From contig JBEKRK010000003.1 in the NCBI GenBank assembly GCA_049518795.1, positions 245,097-309,096 on the forward strand: DNA of 64,000 bases, read 5' to 3'. The stretch comes from Sedimentisphaerales bacterium (GTDB lineage: Bacteria > Planctomycetota > Phycisphaerae > Sedimentisphaerales > UBA12454). The notes below the pieces were generated by a model. It saw only the letters and a list, made by a program, of their open reading frames with translations, was not told where the DNA came from and ran no database searches. The position numbers and the translations under genes are program-made. This document shows positions 8,894 to 19,643 of this stretch, one piece after another (position 1 is the stretch's first letter; each line of letters opens with the position of its first letter).

Positions 8894-11800
8894 ATGCGGC
8901 ATAATTATTTAATTTTTCTTTTGATAGTTTTTTTGACTGCTGGAAGTTTGGCGGCGTCTGGGCCGGGGCAGGGAGAATTATTTGGGGCAGAAGATTTACA
9001 TCTAAAAGGTAAAACATTAATCAGCTATCAAAATTCCGACACTGAAAATATTCTTGCTTTCACAGATGGATTTGAACTTTCAATCGGCGACAATCTCCTC
9101 AAAAGCGATAAGGCCATTGTATGGCTTGACAGTCAGACAGAGGAATACCGAGGCACTGTCAGTGTAAATTACAAAGTTAAAGTATATCTTGCGGGAAAAG
9201 TTTCAGTCGATAGAGGAGCAGGCTCGCAAACAAGCGGACTGGAAGTAAATAAAAATGTTGTCTCTGGCGTGGAGTCGATGGTTGCGAATTTTACGGTGTC
9301 CGGCGAAATTTTCGCTACCGCCGAAAACAGAACCATTGAGGATTTCCGCACAACAAAACTCTATCACGATGCCCTTGTCGCTACAGGTCAGATACAGCCG
9401 ACGCCTGTGGAGAAACCACAGACCGTCCAGAAAGAAGAACCAGTAGTTAGTCAAAACGAAGAAAAACAAGAAGTTAGTCAGAATGAGGAAAAGCAGGAAG
9501 TTATTCAAAACGCTCAAGAACCAAACGCTGTTAAAAAAGAGGGAAAAATATCTGCGGCGGGGAAAACAAAAAAGACAGCAGCGGCACAGAAAACTCAAAG
9601 ACCGGCTGCTGTTAAAGATGCTAACGAAGGTAAAAAAACCAAGCAGGGGTTTATGTCAACATTTTTTGGAGCGGGCGGTGAGCAGGCAAAACCTGTTCCG
9701 CAGGCTCCTGTGCCAAAGATTCAATATCCTTTCGGTATAAGCGGGCTCGGCACTGAACCGGTGAAAATAACGAATGAAACTTTGCCTGACGGAACAAACA
9801 TCGCGACGATACTAAGCAGGTTTTATCTCTGGCAGAAACAGAATGAGCAGGGAGTCTTATTGGAATTTCAGGCTGACAGCGCGGTTATTTTTTTCAATCG
9901 CAATTCAAGCGGCGGTTCGAGCGGTTCCGGAGGTCTTCTTGCGGGCAATAGCGTAAAGGCAGTTTATTTCCGCGGCAATATAATAATGACTGAAGGCCAG
10001 CGAACCATACGCTCCGATGAGACCTATTATGATTTTCAGAGGAGACAGGCTCTTGTTATAAACGCTGTAATGCGCAACTATGACCCCCAAAGAGGCATAC
10101 CAATATATTTGAAAGCAGCCAGGCTCAGGCAGATTGCGGAGGATAAATTCTATGCTAAGGATGTTACGCTTACCAATAGCGAGTTTTATGTTCCGCGCAT
10201 TTCAGCGACTGCATCAGAAGTTTTCGTAACGGACACAACGGCTATTGACCAGAAGACCGGCGAATTGGGCAGACAGAGTTTAGATGCCGATATGCGAAAT
10301 GTAAAACTGAAACTCGATAACAGGACGGTTTTCTGGTGGCCAAGACTCCGAGGCAATCTTGAAGGTTCCGATATCCCGATAAGGAGCATAAAAATAAGCC
10401 AAGACAAGACTTTCGGCACAGCGATTGAAACCGAATGGTATCTTGCAAAGGTTCTCGGCCTTCGCGAGTCGAAAGGCGTTGATTCGAGGCTTATGATTGA
10501 TTCTTACTCAAAACGCGGCACAGGAGTAGGCGCCGATATTACATACAAAAGGGAAACTTATTTTGGCAATATTAACGGTTATATAATTAACGATGAAGGT
10601 AAAGACGACCTCGGCAGAGCCAGGCAGGACATTCAGCCTCCCAGAACGTTAAGAGGTATGTTGAATTTCCAGCACAGACAATTTTTGCCTGAACACTGGC
10701 AGCTTACCCTGGAATCCAGTTATATTTCAGATGAATATTATCTCGAATCTTTTCATCGTGAGGAATATTTTGGCGGCAGAGGTCAGGAAACTCTTGCGCA
10801 TTTGAAATGGACCAAGGACAATGAAGGTTTTGCGATTCTCGCCAAATGGCGAATAAATAATTTTGCCGATGAGCTTGAAGAGTTTCCTTCGGCCCAGTAT
10901 CACCGGACAGGGCAGTCGCTTTTTAACGATAAATTTACGTTATACAGCGACAGCTCGCTCGGCAGGTATCGTCAGCGAATCGGCGAAAATCATACCCTGA
11001 ACGTTTCGCAGGAATATTTTACGTTTGGAACGACCCGAAACGAGCTGGATTTTCCGCTTAAATTTTCCCGCGGCAATATTGTTCCGTATATAGCCGGCAC
11101 TTACGGCTATGACGACAGATACGGTTTTGACCGGGCAGCGGCTATCGGCGAAGGCACGGGTTCGCAGGCCGGCGAGAAAAATGTTTTCATCGGCGAATTC
11201 GGCACAAGGGCATCAACTCAATTCTGGAAGATGTATAATGTTCGTTCGAGATTCTGGGATGTCAACGGCATTCGCCATATCGTAAAGCCGTATGTGAATG
11301 CGGCTGTTTTTGCTGAAAGTTCCGATGTTGTCAAGCAGAAGAATACGTATAGTTTCGGCGTTTTACAGCGATGGCAGACCAAACGCGGGGTCGGCGAAAA
11401 GAGCAGGATTCTCGACTGGATGCGGCTGAATGTGGAATATACAATGGTCAGCGACAAAAATTCACAGATAAAGAGACCTGACAAGACCGTCTGGAACAAA
11501 CCTTTTGTGCCGCTTTCAGCCACTTTAGCGCCGGCTATCTTCAACGGCGATTTAGACACTACCTTCAGAACTTTCGACCTCTTCGGTCCGCAGACAGATA
11601 GTGTAAATGCCGATTATATTTGGCGTATAAGCGACACAACAGCTATTCTGAGCGACCTCAATTATGACACGACAAACAACAAGCTTGAGCAGTTCAATAT
11701 AGGATATTCTCACCTTTGCTGGCCGAATCTGAGCTATTATTTAGGTTATCGATATTTGAGAGATATAACGGTTGATGAGAAAAAAGGTTCGAAGGCTGTT

Positions 11801-12070
11801 ACCTTTGCCATAACATATAAACTTAATCCTCGCTATACGATTTCTTACGGCTGGCAGTATGATTTCGGAATGGGCGGACTCCTCTACAACGAATTCAGTC
11901 TTATCAGACGATATCACAGACTCTATTACGCTTTAACTTATAGGGCAGACCGCACTCTTGACAACACCGCGATAGTCCTTAGTATATGGCCGGAAGGAGT
12001 CCGTGAACTGTCTTTAGGCTCAAGAAGATATATGGGTCTGGATTCGCCTGAACACCGCAGCGGTTACTAA
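8894..12070 (+). CDS. lptD: LPS-assembly protein LptD-like outer-membrane protein (large form)
   Basis: Signal peptide; OstA-like VYFRGNIIMTEGQRTIRSDETYYDF; beta-barrel region with DSYSKRGTGVG, SYISDEYYLE, GIRHIVKPY, GVLQRWQTKRG. Confidence 0.7.
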   Translation: MRHNYLIFLLIVFLTAGSLAASGPGQGELFGAEDLHLKGKTLISYQNSDTENILAFTDGFELSIGDNLLKSDKAIVWLDSQTEEYRGTVSVNYKVKVYLAGKVSVDRGAGSQTSGLEVNKNVVSGVESMVANFTVSGEIFATAENRTIEDFRTTKLYHDALVATGQIQPTPVEKPQTVQKEEPVVSQNEEKQEVSQNEEKQEVIQNAQEPNAVKKEGKISAAGKTKKTAAAQKTQRPAAVKDANEGKKTKQGFMSTFFGAGGEQAKPVPQAPVPKIQYPFGISGLGTEPVKITNETLPDGTNIATILSRFYLWQKQNEQGVLLEFQADSAVIFFNRNSSGGSSGSGGLLAGNSVKAVYFRGNIIMTEGQRTIRSDETYYDFQRRQALVINAVMRNYDPQRGIPIYLKAARLRQIAEDKFYAKDVTLTNSEFYVPRISATASEVFVTDTTAIDQKTGELGRQSLDADMRNVKLKLDNRTVFWWPRLRGNLEGSDIPIRSIKISQDKTFGTAIETEWYLAKVLGLRESKGVDSRLMIDSYSKRGTGVGADITYKRETYFGNINGYIINDEGKDDLGRARQDIQPPRTLRGMLNFQHRQFLPEHWQLTLESSYISDEYYLESFHREEYFGGRGQETLAHLKWTKDNEGFAILAKWRINNFADELEEFPSAQYHRTGQSLFNDKFTLYSDSSLGRYRQRIGENHTLNVSQEYFTFGTTRNELDFPLKFSRGNIVPYIAGTYGYDDRYGFDRAAAIGEGTGSQAGEKNVFIGEFGTRASTQFWKMYNVRSRFWDVNGIRHIVKPYVNAAVFAESSDVVKQKNTYSFGVLQRWQTKRGVGEKSRILDWMRLNVEYTMVSDKNSQIKRPDKTVWNKPFVPLSATLAPAIFNGDLDTTFRTFDLFGPQTDSVNADYIWRISDTTAILSDLNYDTTNNKLEQFNIGYSHLCWPNLSYYLGYRYLRDITVDEKKGSKAVTFAITYKLNPRYTISYGWQYDFGMGGLLYNEFSLIRRYHRLYYALTYRADRTLDNTAIVLSIWPEGVRELSLGSRRYMGLDSPEHRSGY
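9446..9520 (+). repeat. 27-bp in-frame tandem repeat (VSQNEEKQE x2 plus a partial copy)
   Basis: gttagtcaaaacgaagaaaaacaagaa / gttagtcagaatgaggaaaagcaggaa / gttattcaaaacgctcaagaa. Confidence 0.75.
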
Positions 12071-12163
12071 AAATCGAAGCGGGAAAATCTCGACAATCCG
12101 GGACGGCTACTTAACTATACGTAAATGCAGAGTTTATCTATATTTATGGAAGGAATGTAAAAG

Positions 12164-13114
12164 ATGGCATTAGTTGATACGAAAAAAATGTTCAAAATGG
12201 CCTATAAAAACGGCTATGCAATCGGGGCTTTCAATGTCAACAATATGGAGATTACACAGGGCATTATCAGCGCTGTCGCTGAAAAAAAGGCACCGCTGAT
12301 TTTTCAGATTTCCAGAGGGGCCAGAAAATATGCATCAATGAGCTATCTGAGGGCAATTATTGACGTTACAGTTGCAGAAAATCCTGATATTCCAATCTGT
12401 ATGCATCTCGACCACGGCGATACGTTTGAAATCTGCAAACAATGTGTCGATGACGGCTTTACTTCCGTAATGATTGACGCATCGCATCATCCTTTCGAGG
12501 AGAATATCAAGATAACAAAACAGGTTGTTGAATATGCTCACGCACGAAACGTTGTCGTTGAGGCAGAACTTGGTCAGCTTGGCGGCATTGAAGAGGATGT
12601 CAAGGGCATTAGTCATGACGATGTTGCAAGTCATCTTACAGACCCCGACCAGGCTATTGAGTTTGTTCAGAAAAGCGGCTGCGATTCCCTTGTCGTTGCC
12701 TGCGGAACAAGCCACGGCGCTTACAAGTTCAAGTCCGAACCCAAGATAGCTTTCGACGTAATACAAAAGGTTGCAGACAAATTGCCGGGATTTCCTCTTG
12801 TAATGCACGGCTCAAGCAGCGTTCTGAAGGAATTTAAAGACCTCATTAATAAATACGGCGGCAAAATGCCAGATGCTATGGGAGTTCCGGAGTCAGCCAT
12901 ATCGAAGGCTGCGAAAATGGCAGTCTGCAAAGTCAATATCGATACCGACCTTCGTATGGCAATGACGGCGAAAATACGGCAGGTATTTGCCGAAAAGCCC
13001 GGCGAGTTTGACCCGCGAAATTATCTCGGCCCGGCACGAGACGCTATCAAGGCGATGGTTTCCCATAAGCTGGATGTTCTGGGCTGCAGCGGCAAAGCGA
13101 AAGAGTGTCTGTAA
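12164..13114 (+). CDS. fba: Class II fructose-1,6-bisphosphate aldolase
   Basis: GAFNVNNME, HLDHG, SVMIDAS, VEAELG, GTSHGAYK, VMHGSSS, KVNIDTD. Confidence 0.95.
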   Translation: MALVDTKKMFKMAYKNGYAIGAFNVNNMEITQGIISAVAEKKAPLIFQISRGARKYASMSYLRAIIDVTVAENPDIPICMHLDHGDTFEICKQCVDDGFTSVMIDASHHPFEENIKITKQVVEYAHARNVVVEAELGQLGGIEEDVKGISHDDVASHLTDPDQAIEFVQKSGCDSLVVACGTSHGAYKFKSEPKIAFDVIQKVADKLPGFPLVMHGSSSVLKEFKDLINKYGGKMPDAMGVPESAISKAAKMAVCKVNIDTDLRMAMTAKIRQVFAEKPGEFDPRNYLGPARDAIKAMVSHKLDVLGCSGKAKECL

Positions 13115-13239
13115 AAAATTTAAAATTGAAAATTTAAGATTGAAGATTTATTTAGCGGCGGGGGCTAAATGTAACAATTCTCCAATCCGTAATTTTCAAT
13201 CTTTTTTTGTCCTGATTTAGATTAAAAAGAAAGCAGTAA

Positions 13240-15456
13240 ATGAAGAAAAACATAATAGTTTTTTTTGTATTATTATCTATTATAGTCCCTGTTCCTGCTG
13301 CCGTGGCGATGTTGAAGCCTGCGAAGGTTTTGCAGACACAGACAGAATCATCTGTGCAGCCGACGGACAGCAACACATCTGAGCTGATAAAATCAGCCGT
13401 GCAGGAAATCTGCGACGGCAATTTCATTGTTGCCGGGCAGATATTAAGCAAAACAGACGCAAATAATCCAAATATTTCCGCACTTTCCAGCGTAATCTCG
13501 CAATATAAGAAAATTGAAAGTGTAAAACAACAATCGCAAAAAAAGTCTTTTGATGAGCAGTTTGCCGAACTCGAAAAATTCAAGGCTGCTGCCGATAAAA
13601 ATGAGCCTAACCTGCTGGAAGTATTTCCTGCGATTATCAAGGCTGATGAATTAGCGACTGATGAGCAGAAAAAACAGATTCTGTCCGATAAATTTGTTCA
13701 GAAGACCATCGAAAGAGCACGGAAAACGGCCGGCGAATTCGAATCAAAAGGCAACTGGCTTAATTCGCTTATTTATTGTTACAGCTGGCTTTCGGCTCTT
13801 TACGAAGAAGATAAGACAATACAGGATAAAAAAAAGGGACTGGAGGAAAAGCTGCTGATAGAGGCTTCATTAGCGGACAATTCCTGCGAAGCGTGTTCCG
13901 ACCGCTTTCAGAAGGTAAAACCCCAGATGTTCACCCGCAGCCTTGATGTTCTTGAATACGGGTATGTTGAACCTTTTTACTACAGCGATATGGCTGATAA
14001 GGTATTTGACCGCTGCCGCAATCTTGCGGATGTTCTGCAGTTTAGCGACAGCAACAAAAGCCCTGTTACAGTTTCAGCCGATTCTCCGCAGGAAATTCTG
14101 CCGGACTCTGCCGGCGGCAAAGTTACGATAACCTTTTTAAAAGACAAATTGCCTGAGTTTGCTGCAGGACTTGATTCATTAAGGAAAAAATACAGTTCAG
14201 AACCTACCGGCATGAATAAAGACCAGTTCACCAAATTGTTCGAAGAAGTTCAGGCTTTGAATTTGTCAACGATAAATCTGCCTGAGCAGATAATAGTCTG
14301 GCATTTTTCCGAGGCGGCATTATCCGCGCTCGACCCGCATACTATGATTGTTTGGCCGAAAGAGAAAGAGGATTTTGAGAAAAGTATGACCAATGAATTT
14401 TCCGGCATCGGCGTAGAAATCTCAAAAGCAGACGGCTTGCTGCGGGCGGCAAGTCTATTGCCCGACACTCCCGCGTATTATTCAGGTATGGATGCCGGAG
14501 ATATAATAGAGGCAATCAACGGCGAAAGCACAAGAGATATGCCGATTACCTGCGCGGTAAGCAAAATCACAGGCCCTGCGGGCACAAAGGTTGTGCTTAC
14601 AGTTCGCAGTTCGACTGAAGAAAAAGTGCGAACAATAGAAATTACGAGGGCGAAAATCGTTGTCCCTACCATTCGCGGCTGGCGCAGAAATGATTCGGGC
14701 GATTGGCAGTATTTTGTCGATGAAAAAGAAAAAATCGGCTATGTCCGCGCTACGAATTTTTCCGCATCCACATCTGCCGACCTCAATAGAGTTCTGAATA
14801 TTCTTGAATCGACTGGGATGAGGGCGTTAATCCTTGATTTGAGGTTTAATACGGGCGGTTTTCTCAAAAGCGCCGTGGAAATAGCCGATATGTTTATAGA
14901 AAACGGCGTCATTGTCAGCACTCAGCCGAGAATCGGCCCTCAAAGCTGGGAGGTTGCGCATAAAAAAGGGACTCATCCGAATTATCCTATTGTGATACTT
15001 ATTAACGGCGGTTCTGCAAGCGCCTCTGAGATTGTCGCAGGCGCGCTTGCGGACAATACTTACCGCCGGGCAACTCTTGTGGGTCAGCAAAGCTACGGCA
15101 AAGGCAGCGTTCAAACGATAAGCGACTATCCAGGCGACGGAGCGGAAATAAAATTCACGATGGCTTATTATCATCTGCCCGACGGCAGAAAAGTCAGCGA
15201 CCGCGCATCAGCAGAGAAAAAAGGCAGAAAAGACTGGGGAATAATCCCCAATGTTAAAGTCGAGATGTCTAATGAAGAACTCAAAAAACTGATTGACGTT
15301 GAAAAAGACAATGACGTGCTTGTCGCAGCGAACCGCAATAAGAGCAGGTCAAAATTGAAAAAACATAATTTGGCCGAGACACTGCAGGCAGACCCTCAGC
15401 TTGCCGTTGCGGTTCTTGTATCAAAAGCAAAATTGATTGAGGCAGGGCTTCAATAA
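13240..15456 (+). CDS. S41 family C-terminal processing protease (PDZ plus S41)
   Basis: LDPHT, FSGIGVEI (PDZ), LILDLRFNTGG, SASASEIVAGAL, SYGKGSVQ, DPQL; signal peptide. Confidence 0.92.
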   Translation: MKKNIIVFFVLLSIIVPVPAAVAMLKPAKVLQTQTESSVQPTDSNTSELIKSAVQEICDGNFIVAGQILSKTDANNPNISALSSVISQYKKIESVKQQSQKKSFDEQFAELEKFKAAADKNEPNLLEVFPAIIKADELATDEQKKQILSDKFVQKTIERARKTAGEFESKGNWLNSLIYCYSWLSALYEEDKTIQDKKKGLEEKLLIEASLADNSCEACSDRFQKVKPQMFTRSLDVLEYGYVEPFYYSDMADKVFDRCRNLADVLQFSDSNKSPVTVSADSPQEILPDSAGGKVTITFLKDKLPEFAAGLDSLRKKYSSEPTGMNKDQFTKLFEEVQALNLSTINLPEQIIVWHFSEAALSALDPHTMIVWPKEKEDFEKSMTNEFSGIGVEISKADGLLRAASLLPDTPAYYSGMDAGDIIEAINGESTRDMPITCAVSKITGPAGTKVVLTVRSSTEEKVRTIEITRAKIVVPTIRGWRRNDSGDWQYFVDEKEKIGYVRATNFSASTSADLNRVLNILESTGMRALILDLRFNTGGFLKSAVEIADMFIENGVIVSTQPRIGPQSWEVAHKKGTHPNYPIVILINGGSASASEIVAGALADNTYRRATLVGQQSYGKGSVQTISDYPGDGAEIKFTMAYYHLPDGRKVSDRASAEKKGRKDWGIIPNVKVEMSNEELKKLIDVEKDNDVLVAANRNKSRSKLKKHNLAETLQADPQLAVAVLVSKAKLIEAGLQ

Positions 15457-16913
15457 TGAGCGAACCACAGGATGCAAATAAACTTGAACAGCAAAGAAGA
15501 GAAAAACTTGAGCGAATAAAACAGCTCGGAATCGACCCTTACGGCCAGCGAATAGATAATGTCGAATCGACACAATCGGTCAGAATAAAATTCGATGAAA
15601 AAAAAGAGGGACAAAAGGCAGCCTGCGCGGGCAGAATAGTTCTTCTTCGCGATATAGGCAAATTGATATTTATGACTCTGCGCGACAGCAGCGGAACAAT
15701 TCAGCTCGGCCTGAGCAAAAAGCTGCTGGAGCAGCAATGGGAGCTGATAAAACTTTTTGACCTCGGCGATATAATTTGTGCCGAAGGGCAGCTTGGCCTG
15801 ACAAAAACAGGCGAGCTTACAATATGGGTCGAGAAAGTAACGATACTTTCGAAATCGCTTTTGCAGCCGCCGGAGAAGTTTCACGGCCTTGCCGATGTTG
15901 ACCTTCGCTATCGCAGGCGATATGTCGATATGTGGGCAAACCCCGATTGTTTGGAGAAATTCAAAAAACGAATTGCAATAATATCGACGATTCGCGCCTT
16001 TCTGCAGGAAAGGGGATTTTGCGAAGTTGAGACCCCGATGATGCAGGCGATACCCGGCGGGGCGGCGGCAAAACCGTTTATCACGCATCACAACGCACTC
16101 GATATAGATTTATATTTGCGGATTGCGCCGGAATTGTTTTTGAAAAGACTGCTCGTAGGCGGAATGGAAAAGGTTTTTGAGATAAACCGCAATTTCCGCA
16201 ACGAAGGTTTAAGCCCCCGGCATAATCCTGAATTTACAATGATGGAAATTTATCAGGCTTACGCGGATTATAATATAATGATGGAGCTAACCGAGGAGCT
16301 TGTCAGCTTGCTTGTTGAAAAACATTGCGGCGGGGTAAAATTGCAGTATGGCGATAAACAGATAGATTACAGCCGGCCGTGGAAAAAGGCTTCTTACGGC
16401 GAGTTGCTCAAAGAATACGGCGGATGCGAAATTGGCGATATCCAATCGATTCGCAAAAAAGCCAAATCGCTTGGTGTGGAAGAAGCTCAAAAAGCAGATG
16501 AGATTGTTATAAATGAGCTTTTTGAATTAACTGTGGAAAAAAATCTCATTAATCCGACTTTTGTAATCGATTATCCTGCGGCACTGTGTCCGCTGACAAA
16601 ACGAAGCAAGGCTAATCCTGAATATGCCGAGAGGTTCGAGCTTTATATAGGCACGATGGAAATAGCAAACGCTTATACCGAGCTGAACGACCCGCAGGTG
16701 CAGTATGAAAACTTCGTATCGCAGCTTAAAGGCGAGAATGAAGGTGAGGACACATTCAGAAGTCTTGATGAAGATTTTATAACTGCGCTCAAATACGGTA
16801 TGCCGCCTGCAGGCGGATTGGGTATCGGTATTGACAGGCTTATAATGCTGCTTACGAACGCAGCGAGTATAAGGGATGTGATTTTGTTCCCACTTTTAAA
16901 GCCAGAAAAATAA
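15456..16913 (+). CDS. lysS: Lysine--tRNA ligase (class II)
   Basis: PPEKFHGL, EVETPMM, YLRIAPELFLKRL, FRNEG..HNPEFTMME, YGMPPAGGLGIGIDRL. Confidence 0.97.
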   Translation: MSEPQDANKLEQQRREKLERIKQLGIDPYGQRIDNVESTQSVRIKFDEKKEGQKAACAGRIVLLRDIGKLIFMTLRDSSGTIQLGLSKKLLEQQWELIKLFDLGDIICAEGQLGLTKTGELTIWVEKVTILSKSLLQPPEKFHGLADVDLRYRRRYVDMWANPDCLEKFKKRIAIISTIRAFLQERGFCEVETPMMQAIPGGAAAKPFITHHNALDIDLYLRIAPELFLKRLLVGGMEKVFEINRNFRNEGLSPRHNPEFTMMEIYQAYADYNIMMELTEELVSLLVEKHCGGVKLQYGDKQIDYSRPWKKASYGELLKEYGGCEIGDIQSIRKKAKSLGVEEAQKADEIVINELFELTVEKNLINPTFVIDYPAALCPLTKRSKANPEYAERFELYIGTMEIANAYTELNDPQVQYENFVSQLKGENEGEDTFRSLDEDFITALKYGMPPAGGLGIGIDRLIMLLTNAASIRDVILFPLLKPEK

Positions 16914-16960
16914 ATAAGATTGAAAATTGAACGTTCAATGTTCTTAAAGGAAAACGATAA

Positions 16961-18289
16961 ATGCTGAAGTTTTTCCTTGCACTTCGATACTTAAAAAAGA
17001 AAAAAATTGTCTTTCTCAGTATCGTCGCCGTTGCCCTGTCGACTGCGCTATTGGTTACTGTCGCAAGTCTGTTTACGGCATTTATCAAGGCGGTCGAATC
17101 CAGCTCGGCCGATTATCTTGGCGATATAGTTCTTGACCCGCCGCAGGAAATTTACCACAGCGATGAGCTTGCTGACAGACTTAGCAGCGAAAAGGAAATT
17201 GCCGCTGCAAGCGCAGTCCTCTCAACTAACGGCCTTATCCATTTCGGACCCGGCAATGTAAAAGCCGTAAGTATCTGGGGCATAGATTTGCCGAGCCGAT
17301 GTAAAGTTACGGATATGAAAAACAATCTCATTAAGCAAGGAGACAATCCTTCAGTTCCGCAATTCGATAATGAAGATAAAACAGTAATACCTGTATTTGT
17401 CGGCATCGGTCTGCTTGCTGAGCCGGACGACAAAACCGATGAATACGACTTGGCTTATGTTAAAAGTTTTATCGGCGATGATGCCGTTGTAACAGTCGGA
17501 AGTGCCCAGGGAAAATCGCAGGCCAATGAACTACGAAGCCGATCGGCAAAAGTAAGAATCAGTGATGTCGTTCGCACTTCAGTTTATGATATAGATAAAA
17601 GATTTATCTTTATGCCGATAGACAGATTGGCGGAAATTTTAAACAAACAGAATCCAAAGCCGGCTGATATTATTCATATAAAATGCGCAGCAGGTTACAA
17701 TCCGGAGCAGACTGTTTCCGTTGTTCGCAGGATTTGGACGGAATTTGCCGGGCAAAGACTTAACTGGCCGACGTATTTTGCCGCTGATGCAGAGATTATG
17801 ACTTCAGTTGCCAGGCAGAGCCAATATACCGCTGAGCTTCGCAAACAGATGGGTGTGCTGCTGGTGATATTCGGAGTTATAAGTGCAGGCGTGATTGTGC
17901 TTGTTTTTTGTATTTTCTATATGATAGTTGCCGGCAAACTTAAGGACCTTGCGATAATCAAATCCGTCGGCGGCTCAGCATTTACCTCGGCTTCAATCTT
18001 TCTGATTTTCGGTCTTTTCACAGGCCTGCTCGGCGCATCGATAGGTATTGGTATTGGATATGCGATTACGCATTATGTGAACGCAATGGAACGATGGATT
18101 AGTCTTTTCTTCGGCCTTAAACTATGGAGCAGCAGTATTTATATGTTCAGCCGGATACCGAATAATTTTAACTGGTTCTGGGCCTGGCGGTTTTTCGGAG
18201 CGGCTGTTGCAGCTTCTGTGCTTGGTGCGCTGCTGCCGGCGATTGCTGCTGCTAGAACTTTTCCGGCAAAAATATTAAGATACGAATAG
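16961..18289 (+). CDS. Lipoprotein-releasing ABC transporter permease (LolC/E family)
   Basis: FLALRYL N-terminus, one N-terminal and three C-terminal TM helices, DLAIIKSVG, PAKILRYE end. Confidence 0.85.
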   Translation: MLKFFLALRYLKKKKIVFLSIVAVALSTALLVTVASLFTAFIKAVESSSADYLGDIVLDPPQEIYHSDELADRLSSEKEIAAASAVLSTNGLIHFGPGNVKAVSIWGIDLPSRCKVTDMKNNLIKQGDNPSVPQFDNEDKTVIPVFVGIGLLAEPDDKTDEYDLAYVKSFIGDDAVVTVGSAQGKSQANELRSRSAKVRISDVVRTSVYDIDKRFIFMPIDRLAEILNKQNPKPADIIHIKCAAGYNPEQTVSVVRRIWTEFAGQRLNWPTYFAADAEIMTSVARQSQYTAELRKQMGVLLVIFGVISAGVIVLVFCIFYMIVAGKLKDLAIIKSVGGSAFTSASIFLIFGLFTGLLGASIGIGIGYAITHYVNAMERWISLFFGLKLWSSSIYMFSRIPNNFNWFWAWRFFGAAVAASVLGALLPAIAAARTFPAKILRYE

Positions 18290-18290
18290 A

Positions 18291-19643
18291 ATGTTCGATA
18301 TAATTTTACCAATTAGATTTTTTCTGCGTCGCAGGATAACAATTCTTGCCGTTCTTGCCGTTGCGCTGTGTGTTTTTACTGTTGTAGTTGTAATGACGGT
18401 GATGAACGGCCTTGTAACCGATTTTACGAATATGAACCACACATTTTTTTCCGATTGCATTATTTCAACCGAATCGCTTGTCGGGTTTGGCCTTTATGAT
18501 GAGTTTATGGCTCGTCTTGAAAAGACCGGTTTTGTCGAATCTGTTGCGCCGGTGATAAATACATTCGGTCTTGTTGAGTCGCAATCGTCGGGCAAAAATG
18601 CCGCGCTCGATTTAATGGGCATAGATATAGACCGGCAAATTAAAACGACGAATTTTGCTGATTCTCTTTATTATCGAAAAAATGCGCCGCGGCTTGCCTT
18701 TGTGCCTTTGTATGATGCCAATCTGCCCGGCTGCGTTCTTGGAGTCGATTTACTTGTCGAAAGGCAAAAGTCCGGACAATACAGACAATTGAATTTTTTG
18801 CCGGCGTGGTCTTATCTTGTTACCTGTTTTCCTCTGACGCCAAAGGGTGCTCTTTCAAAAACCGGCACTGGGCTTTCCGCGAATTCAAAAAGATTTTTCT
18901 ACAGCGATAACAGCAATTCCGGCCTTGCAAAAATCGACAGCACCGTTGTTTATCTTCCGTATAATTTGCTGCAAACTCTTTGCGGAATGGATGCAGGCGC
19001 AAAAAGAACGAGCTCAATCTTGATAAAATTTAAAAATGGCTGCGACATCGGCCTTTGCACGGAAAAAGTATCTCTTCTCTGGCAGGATTTTGTAAAAGAA
19101 AAAAGCAATTTTGCTTATGCCGGATTGTTTAATACGGTTCGCGTTCAGGACTGGAAGACTTATCGAAGAGGAACTATCGCCCCAATGGAAAAGGAGCAAA
19201 CAATGCTGATTTTACTATTTGCGCTTGTGGGTCTAATTACGGTCTTTATTATTTTCGTGATTTTCTATATGATTATAAACCGCAAGAGCAAGGACATAGG
19301 CATTCTCAAGAGTCTTGGCGTCTCAAAATTCGGCGTCCTACGAGTTTTTATGAGACTGGCTTTGCTGATTGGCCTTATTGGCGCGGCAGTCGGAATTTTA
19401 TTTGCACTTGTTTTTCTTGCGAATATAAACAGGCTTGAAGGCTGGCTTTTTGACAAATTTGGTTTTCAGATGTGGAACAGGGAAATTTACGCGATAGGCG
19501 AGATACCGCACAAGATTGTGCCGCTTTTACTGGCGGCTGTTGCAGCCTGTGCTGTTGCGGCCTGTCTGCTGGGCGCTCTTTTGCCGACGCTCAAAATTTC
19601 AGGCCAAAAATGTGTTGATGTTCTTCGGGTGAACCAGTTATGA
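18291..19643 (+). CDS. Lipoprotein-releasing ABC transporter permease (LolC/E family), second paralog
   Basis: VVVMTVMNG, KDIGILKSLG, FtsX-type topology. Confidence 0.85.
   Translation: MFDIILPIRFFLRRRITILAVLAVALCVFTVVVVMTVMNGLVTDFTNMNHTFFSDCIISTESLVGFGLYDEFMARLEKTGFVESVAPVINTFGLVESQSSGKNAALDLMGIDIDRQIKTTNFADSLYYRKNAPRLAFVPLYDANLPGCVLGVDLLVERQKSGQYRQLNFLPAWSYLVTCFPLTPKGALSKTGTGLSANSKRFFYSDNSNSGLAKIDSTVVYLPYNLLQTLCGMDAGAKRTSSILIKFKNGCDIGLCTEKVSLLWQDFVKEKSNFAYAGLFNTVRVQDWKTYRRGTIAPMEKEQTMLILLFALVGLITVFIIFVIFYMIINRKSKDIGILKSLGVSKFGVLRVFMRLALLIGLIGAAVGILFALVFLANINRLEGWLFDKFGFQMWNREIYAIGEIPHKIVPLLLAAVAACAVAACLLGALLPTLKISGQKCVDVLRVNQL

Noticed and set aside
15450-16091. 213-aa antisense ORF over lysS, and similar shadow ORFs over fba, folC, cimA and dfx
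   Set aside because: Antisense or alternative-frame shadows of well-supported genes
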